Shown here: in pieces, positions 27,061 through 32,000 of the stretch
Layout of the letters: each line of letters begins with the position of its first letter
How positions within the stretch are numbered: the first letter of the stretch is position 1
From: Erysipelothrix larvae
Lineage (GTDB): Bacteria > Bacillota_I > Bacilli_A > Erysipelotrichales > Erysipelotrichaceae
Direction: 5' to 3'
NCBI RefSeq assembly: GCF_001545095.1
Contig: NZ_CP013213.1
Coordinates: 1,080,001-1,112,000 of the forward strand
DNA: 32,000 nucleotides
Translations under genes and position numbers: made by a program
Notes under the pieces: model-generated
Databases searched by the model: none
Told to the model about the DNA's origin: nothing
Seen by the model: the letters and a program-made list of their open reading frames with translations, nothing else

Positions 27061-27948
27061 TTAAGCGATTGATGCTGTTTTAATTGCTTTGATCGCATTT
27101 TCAAGATGTTTATTGAATACATCGTCGGTTTGTTGGAAGGTCAACCCTTCTACAAGTGCACGAGAGAAGCTTGCAATTAAACCATGATTACGTGCAAGTT
27201 TTTCGTTTGCTTCATCACGAGAATAGCCACCTGACAACGCAACAATCCGTAATACTTTTGGTGCTTTCATCAAGTCAGCGTAAAGATCATCAACAGTTGG
27301 GATTGAAAGTTTGAACATGATATGATCTGTATCCTTAATTGTCTTAAGTTCTTCATGAATTGCAGCCAATAAGATTGTTTCTGCTTCTTTCTTATCAGAA
27401 ATAGAAATTGTAACTTCTGGTTCTAGAATTGGAATCAATCCATAACTTAATATAATCCGAGCAAATTCGAATTGTTGTTTCACAATTTTTCGAATTCCAA
27501 CTTCATTTGCGCTATTGATTACAGAGCGCATCTTTGTGCCAAATACATGACGAAGTTTTGCACGTTTTAGAAGGTCATCAAGGCCTTTAATCGGTTTCAT
27601 GAGTTGAACCCCATCTTCTTCATCAGCCAAGCCTTGATCAACTTTTAAGAATGGCACGATGTGCTTTTCTTCCCATAGATAATCCGCTGTATATTTGCCG
27701 TCAATTTTACGATCCATTGTATTTTCAAATAAAATTGCACCTAAAATTCCTTCAGCCTTAAATTCTGGGCTCTTGATAATACGAGTCCGCATTTCATGTA
27801 CAACGTCAAACATCTCTTCGTTATTGCTATAGGCACTTTCGTCAATTCCATAACTTTTAAGAGCCTTAGGAGTACTACCACCACTTTGATCTAAAGCCGC
27901 GATAAAACCTTGTCCAAGTTGCATTCTTTCGAGTTGTTCTTTGTTCAT
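27061..27948 (-). CDS. fda: class I fructose-bisphosphate aldolase
   Basis: [30 protein letters not shown] is typical of the Gram-positive class I FBA N-terminus. ATG at 27948. About 295 aa. Confidence 0.85.
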   Translation of the reverse strand: MNKEQLERMQLGQGFIAALDQSGGSTPKALKSYGIDESAYSNNEEMFDVVHEMRTRIIKSPEFKAEGILGAILFENTMDRKIDGKYTADYLWEEKHIVPFLKVDQGLADEEDGVQLMKPIKGLDDLLKRAKLRHVFGTKMRSVINSANEVGIRKIVKQQFEFARIILSYGLIPILEPEVTISISDKKEAETILLAAIHEELKTIKDTDHIMFKLSIPTVDDLYADLMKAPKVLRIVALSGGYSRDEANEKLARNHGLIASFSRALVEGLTFQQTDDVFNKHLENAIKAIKTASIA

Positions 27949-27971
27949 AATATCACCCTTTCGTAAGAACA

Positions 27972-27980
27972 ATTATACCA
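27972..27980 (-). promoter_or_regulatory. extended -10 promoter (TGGTATAAT) for the aldolase gene
   Basis: Minus strand reads ccaaTGGTATAATtgttc, about 25 nt upstream of the ATG. Confidence 0.5.
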
Positions 27981-28010
27981 TTGGCGATAAGGCTTAAAGA
28001 AAATGATGCC

Positions 28011-28334
28011 CTAATTAACTTCTTTTAAGATCTTTAGCGATCGTTGTGTTAACTTAGCATATGATTGAACAAACTGTGATAAATGATAACGACCTACGGC
28101 TGTTATCGAGAAGTATTTACGAATAGGCCCTATTTCAGAGCGTACCCCCCGTGCACGTATATATCCTTTCTTCTCAAGACGTGTGAGAATCGGATATAAT
28201 GTCCCTTCCTGAATGTCCTCAAAACCATATTCTCTTAATATAACAATCAGCTCGTATCCGTATGTTTCCTTGCGTGAAATGATGGCAAGAACACATCCTT
28301 CTAATACACCTTTAAGTAACTGCTTGTCATCCAC
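28011..28334 (-). CDS. PadR-family transcriptional regulator
   Basis: LKGVLEGCVLAIIS...TYGYELI...GTLYPILTRLEKKGYI winged-helix signature. GTG start with a GAGGTG RBS. Confidence 0.9.
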   Translation of the reverse strand: MDDKQLLKGVLEGCVLAIISRKETYGYELIVILREYGFEDIQEGTLYPILTRLEKKGYIRARGVRSEIGPIRKYFSITAVGRYHLSQFVQSYAKLTQRSLKILKEVN

Positions 28335-28354
28335 AGCTTATCACCTCTGACTCA

Positions 28355-28385
28355 ATCATAGACTTGCTATTTGTTTATGTCAAGT
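28355..28385 (-). promoter_or_regulatory. PadR gene promoter with an overlapping inverted repeat
   Basis: -35 TTGACA (28378-28383), 17 nt spacer, -10 TATGAT (28355-28360). The inverted repeat ACTTG-n14-CAAGT (28362-28385) spans the -35 and spacer. Confidence 0.6.
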
Positions 28386-28477
28386 AGTGGGAATAACTTT
28401 GAGTTTAAATGTATTTATCACCCCCATACTAGATCCACTTTTTAGTTCGTTTATGTATAATTTGTGAATTATTGAAC

Positions 28478-28516
28478 AAAAAAAGGTGAGTGATTGACCG
28501 ATCGTCTTCACGCACC
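28478..28516 (-). terminator. intrinsic terminator after the RibD_C/DHFR-like gene
   Basis: GGTGCGTGA...TCACTCACC stem (one mismatch) followed by a T7 run on the minus strand. Confidence 0.8.
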
Positions 28517-28525
28517 TTTAGAGTA

Positions 28526-29065
28526 TTATGCTTTATGATATTTCAGAATTACCATCCCATCATCAATGAATGTTTTATCAAGCACTAATGAAATCGGAAC
28601 TCTGAAATCGTGGAATAAACGACGTCCAGATCCTAAAAGGACTGGAATGATTCCAATGATGTACTCATCAATCACATCGTTTTCAATAAATTTCTCAACA
28701 AGCCGTGCGCCACCAAACAACCAGATGTCCTTACCTGCTTCATTGTTTTTTAGATTCACGACATGTTTTACGATATCTCCATGGATAAACTCTATGTGTT
28801 CAAATTGAGTCTTATAGTTTGGATTATTGGTTGCGACTAAAATCTTTTTGTGTTCAGAATCTTTAATGAAGTCAATTCCACAATCTTCAAGTGAGACACG
28901 TCCCATGACGATGGTATCAATTGATTCTGCCCAAGTATTAATATCAAATTTTTCATGGGAGTCAAGGGAATGATTCCCGTGTCCTTTAATCCATTCATAT
29001 CCCCCATCAACATCACAAATATAACCGTCCAAAGACATTGCTAAATTCAAGACAATTTTTCTCAT
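28526..29065 (-). CDS. dihydrofolate-reductase-family protein (RibD C-terminal domain type)
   Basis: N-terminus KIVLNLAMSLDGYI and a WLFGGARLV...IIPVLLGSGRRLF pattern. Confidence 0.8.
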   Translation of the reverse strand: MRKIVLNLAMSLDGYICDVDGGYEWIKGHGNHSLDSHEKFDINTWAESIDTIVMGRVSLEDCGIDFIKDSEHKKILVATNNPNYKTQFEHIEFIHGDIVKHVVNLKNNEAGKDIWLFGGARLVEKFIENDVIDEYIIGIIPVLLGSGRRLFHDFRVPISLVLDKTFIDDGMVILKYHKA

Positions 29066-29122
29066 ATGCTAAATCCTACCTTATAAGAATAATGTATCAC
29101 AAACCAGATAAAATAGACACAC

Positions 29123-29992
29123 TTATAACTGTAATTCTTTAACTGGAATGTAGATTTCAGAGAATTTGTAACTTGGATCAAGATTACTATCAATTGTATA
29201 AGAAAATGTTGGTGCATCAACCAGTTCATAATTTGAGCTGGGTAACCATTTTGCGTAAATATCAGCGTGTAAATTTTGCATTTTTTCTGGAAATGGTCCA
29301 TCGCATGTGAACACTGCCCATGTATGACTTGAAACGTCTTTTTCTTCCAGGGTTTCACAATGTGTATCGTATGATGTCATGACCCCTATCATATGGATTA
29401 GTGAACCGGATTCTTGTGTAAAATTCGTGTCTGAATCCCATGATATATTCAAAATTTGCTTTGGATCCATCGTTTTCACCTGATGCATTTCTGTGCGTTG
29501 TTTTTGCGTTATGGATTGGGCTAATGCCACGATTTCCGTATTCACGCCTTCAAATTGAAGCGAGACACGTTTGCTCACTCCTGCAAACTTGAACGCTGGC
29601 AATTGTACAAGTTTAACTTGCATTGTAGTTCCTCCTTCTACCTGTATTTTGAAAGAGAGTTTTGGTGTTGTGGTGATGATGTGATGCCTTCTAACTTCAG
29701 AAGGCAAAATCCCACTCCACGCCTTATAAGCGCGTGTGAAACCATCAAGTGACTCATAACAGTACGTATAGGCAACTTCAGTGATTGATACACCATTTAG
29801 TAGGTCTTGTGTTGCGGATGTGAGACGTCGACACTTAATATACTCACTCAAACTCATTTGAGACAAAAAGAAGAATACCTTTTTGAGTTGAATCTCTGGC
29901 ATCCCACTTACCTCAACAAGCATCTCAAGTGTTAGTGTTTTTTTTAGGTGTGATTCAATCATGTCAATCACTGCATTCAATCCTTTAATCAT
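29123..29992 (-). CDS. AraC/MarA-type HTH regulator fused to a GyrI-like effector-binding domain
   Basis: N-terminal double HTH (SLSEYIKCRRL..., ITEVAYTYCYESLDGFTRAYKAWSGILPSEVRR) plus a ~170 aa C-terminal domain. ATG at 29992 has a GAGGTG RBS. Confidence 0.8.
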   Translation of the reverse strand: MIKGLNAVIDMIESHLKKTLTLEMLVEVSGMPEIQLKKVFFFLSQMSLSEYIKCRRLTSATQDLLNGVSITEVAYTYCYESLDGFTRAYKAWSGILPSEVRRHHIITTTPKLSFKIQVEGGTTMQVKLVQLPAFKFAGVSKRVSLQFEGVNTEIVALAQSITQKQRTEMHQVKTMDPKQILNISWDSDTNFTQESGSLIHMIGVMTSYDTHCETLEEKDVSSHTWAVFTCDGPFPEKMQNLHADIYAKWLPSSNYELVDAPTFSYTIDSNLDPSYKFSEIYIPVKELQL

Positions 29993-30168
29993 CAATAAAC
30001 CACCTCTTTCCTATGTATCATATCAATTTAATGTGTCATTCACTCGACATTACACACCAAACTTAGTCGATTCTATTACGATTTGATTGGCGAACTTTTT
30101 TACGTGTGAATTTGCTAAAGTAAAACGATTGGAAAAACCAACCGCTTCGATAATCCCAGGTATTGGAC

Positions 30169-30453
30169 TTAGATTTTGTATGTTTTGTTTAAGTGACGAT
30201 ATCCAAAAGTGATTACAAAGATTGATACAGGGATGAAAGTCAAAGCAAAGATGAATGATACAGGGTGAAAAAACCGAACTGTATTGAATAGATTTAAGCA
30301 TCCGATACTAAAGAGAATGCAAGAAAACGTTGTAATCAAATATAAGTATGTGATGTATTTGATGAAATCTTTTCTTGAGCTAAAATCATCTAACTTTTCA
30401 AACTTAGTGAAAATAAACAAATCATGAAATAATGAAACAAATAATTCAAGCAT
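30169..30453 (-). CDS. small hypothetical membrane protein (2 predicted TM helices)
   Basis: Strong AGAGGAGG RBS and an extended -10 TGGTATACT at 30491-30499. Two hydrophobic stretches. No family recognised. Confidence 0.5.
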   Translation of the reverse strand: MLELFVSLFHDLFIFTKFEKLDDFSSRKDFIKYITYLYLITTFSCILFSIGCLNLFNTVRFFHPVSFIFALTFIPVSIFVITFGYRHLNKTYKI

Positions 30454-30528
30454 CGGTCAATTCCTCCTCTTGCATGGTTCTTGTAATTAAAGTATACCAG
30501 AAAAAATCAACAATTAAAGGAATATTCC

Positions 30529-31113
30529 TTACAACAGTATTTCCATTTGATGAACATCTTGATCGGCAAGTGTTATGAATGCAGCATTATTCAAATGGTA
30601 CTGAACCATCATCTCAAAAGGAGTTTTGTTGAGTAAGGATAACAACGCCATTACCACACCGCTGTGAGTCACAATTAAGACGTCATCTTGATGATTCGAA
30701 ATAATTTGTCTAAGCCCTGATAAGACGCGCTGTAAGACTTGTTGATAGGATTCCCCTTGATGAATGTTTGAATAGCGTCGATTGTGAGACCATGTACGAA
30801 ATGAATCCGGATCATCGTTTTCAACTTGAATCCACGTCTTCCCTTCCCAGGTTCCTAATGCAATCTCCTGAAGATTTGGCATTTCAACCATACCAATTCC
30901 ACAAACTTGAGACACAATTGTTGCGGTATCTTTTGCTCTTTTTTGGGGGCTTGTGTAGATGTAAGAAAAAGCGACGTGCATTTGATTCAGTTGATCAGCA
31001 AGTGCGTGAGCTTGCAAAATCCCTTTAGGTGATAAATCAGTATCACTACTTCCTTGAATACGTTTTTCTTCATTCCAATATGTGTGACCATGTCGTGCGA
31101 TGTATAGTTTCAT
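30529..31113 (-). CDS. histidine phosphatase family protein (phosphoglycerate-mutase-like)
   Basis: N-terminal LYIARHGHTYWN (RHG catalytic motif) and a later THSGV His motif. AAAGGAG RBS. Confidence 0.88.
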   Translation of the reverse strand: MKLYIARHGHTYWNEEKRIQGSSDTDLSPKGILQAHALADQLNQMHVAFSYIYTSPQKRAKDTATIVSQVCGIGMVEMPNLQEIALGTWEGKTWIQVENDDPDSFRTWSHNRRYSNIHQGESYQQVLQRVLSGLRQIISNHQDDVLIVTHSGVVMALLSLLNKTPFEMMVQYHLNNAAFITLADQDVHQMEILL

Positions 31114-31137
31114 AGAGACTCCTTTATCATTAACAAA

Positions 31138-31911
31138 TTATGAACCTTCTTCATTAAAAAGATAATGCATGAACCGCTGCGGATCTTTCAAAAATGAACG
31201 TGTGTCACTCACAATTGGGTGATTATCGTATGAAACTTCATTAATTGCTTCATGTATATAATAAATCTTAGCCTGAGGATATGCTAAGAGTATGGGCGAG
31301 TGGGTACAGATAATAAATTGACTCCCCTTTTTCACATACTCACCAATAAGGTAAAGCAAGGTTAATTGGTTTTGAAACGAAAGAGGGGTTTCGGGTTCAT
31401 CAAGTAAATAAAGTGATTGTGAACGCAGTCTTTCACTAAAAAAGCGGATATACCCTTCGCCATGCGATGCCTTTAGGTAAGATTCAACAATCCCATTCAT
31501 GCGCTGTGTATTGCCTTTATGAAGGTTTGTCTCAAGAAGATAAGCAAGTGATTCTGGATTTTTATGGCGTGCTTGAGCATCCTGTAACATCATTTGATTG
31601 GTTTCAACTTCATCGGATGCCCAGGACAAATAGGTGTAGAAGTCTTCACTTTGGAAATAATACCCTTTCTTAAGTTTAGAAGACCATGAAAGTTTGAACC
31701 CATCTTCATAAGGGTGGTGCATTGACGATGCTTTTCCAACGGGAATACTTTGGGTTAAGGTGCTAATCGCATTGAGTAAGGTTGACTTACCACATCCATT
31801 TTCACCGGTCAGAAAGATTACAGGTGAGGAAAGATCAAGCGAATCGAATTTCAGTATATTAAATGGATACTCAGTCTGTGTTGCATTCAAGCATGTAATT
31901 TCTTTTAGCAT
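31138..31911 (-). CDS. stand-alone ABC/SMC-like AAA ATPase (no transmembrane partner seen)
   Basis: Walker A GENGCGKSTLLNA, Walker B LYLLDEPETPLS and H-loop ICTHSP. SHGE replaces the LSGGQ signature. Confidence 0.8.
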   Translation of the reverse strand: MLKEITCLNATQTEYPFNILKFDSLDLSSPVIFLTGENGCGKSTLLNAISTLTQSIPVGKASSMHHPYEDGFKLSWSSKLKKGYYFQSEDFYTYLSWASDEVETNQMMLQDAQARHKNPESLAYLLETNLHKGNTQRMNGIVESYLKASHGEGYIRFFSERLRSQSLYLLDEPETPLSFQNQLTLLYLIGEYVKKGSQFIICTHSPILLAYPQAKIYYIHEAINEVSYDNHPIVSDTRSFLKDPQRFMHYLFNEEGS

Positions 31912-32000
31912 AGTATCTATCTCCTTGTGCAGTTATGATTCAAAAAAGAACAGCGTTCCTAATGACCCATCTTCATAATGCGAATTAGGATAATCGACGA

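Noticed and set aside
29062-29358. 98-aa minus-strand ORF overlapping the 3' end of the AraC-GyrI gene
   Set aside because: It is in an alternative frame of a gene with a clear domain structure. It is Cys/His/Trp-rich nonsense with no RBS.
31959-32000. Possible 3' end of another minus-strand gene (…SSIILIRIMKMGH*) at the window edge
   Set aside because: Only about 13 codons are visible, so it cannot be supported or named.
1-32000. Looked for CRISPR repeats, tRNA/rRNA genes, IS elements, integrases and long direct or inverted repeats flanking the 28-32 kb accessory-looking tail
   Set aside because: Reading by eye revealed none. A computational repeat and tRNA scan (tRNAscan-SE, Infernal, self-dotplot) would be needed to exclude them formally.

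Overview
AT-rich, standard-code (TGA is used as a stop) Bacillota-type chromosomal segment. Gene order mirrors the Bacillus subtilis yqe-yqh core region in compacted form. About 40 genes are present, and all except rpsU are on the minus strand. In window order: der' / cmk / acidic tail-anchored protein / FMN-riboswitch-controlled ribU / efp / a complete comGA-GG competence pseudopilus operon / MBL hydrolase / rpmG. Next comes a ~14 kb near-gapless chain: class B PBP, DEAD-box helicase, trmK, sigA, dnaG, glyQS, recO, era, cdd, dgkA, ybeY, PhoR-like kinase, PhoP-like regulator, phoH. After that: inverted rpsU / phoU-pstBACS with Pho boxes / class I aldolase. The window ends with a small accessory-looking tail: PadR, RibD_C/DHFR-like, AraC-GyrI, a small membrane protein, a histidine phosphatase and a stand-alone ABC-like ATPase. 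I saw no rRNA, tRNA, CRISPR array, IS or integrase. I do not see a convincing defence island or a clearly new multi-gene system. The best second-look items are: (1) the miniaturised comG operon translationally fused to efp; (2) a non-canonical EF-P modification loop; (3) an FMN riboswitch whose P1 helix abuts a U-tract; (4) an acidic tail-anchored orphan protein; (5) a PhoPR pair embedded in the phoH-era operon; (6) a sigma-A insertion at the NCR position; (7) the ATPase plus histidine-phosphatase pair at the window end. All homology calls rest on motifs read by eye and remembered family sequences, not on searches.
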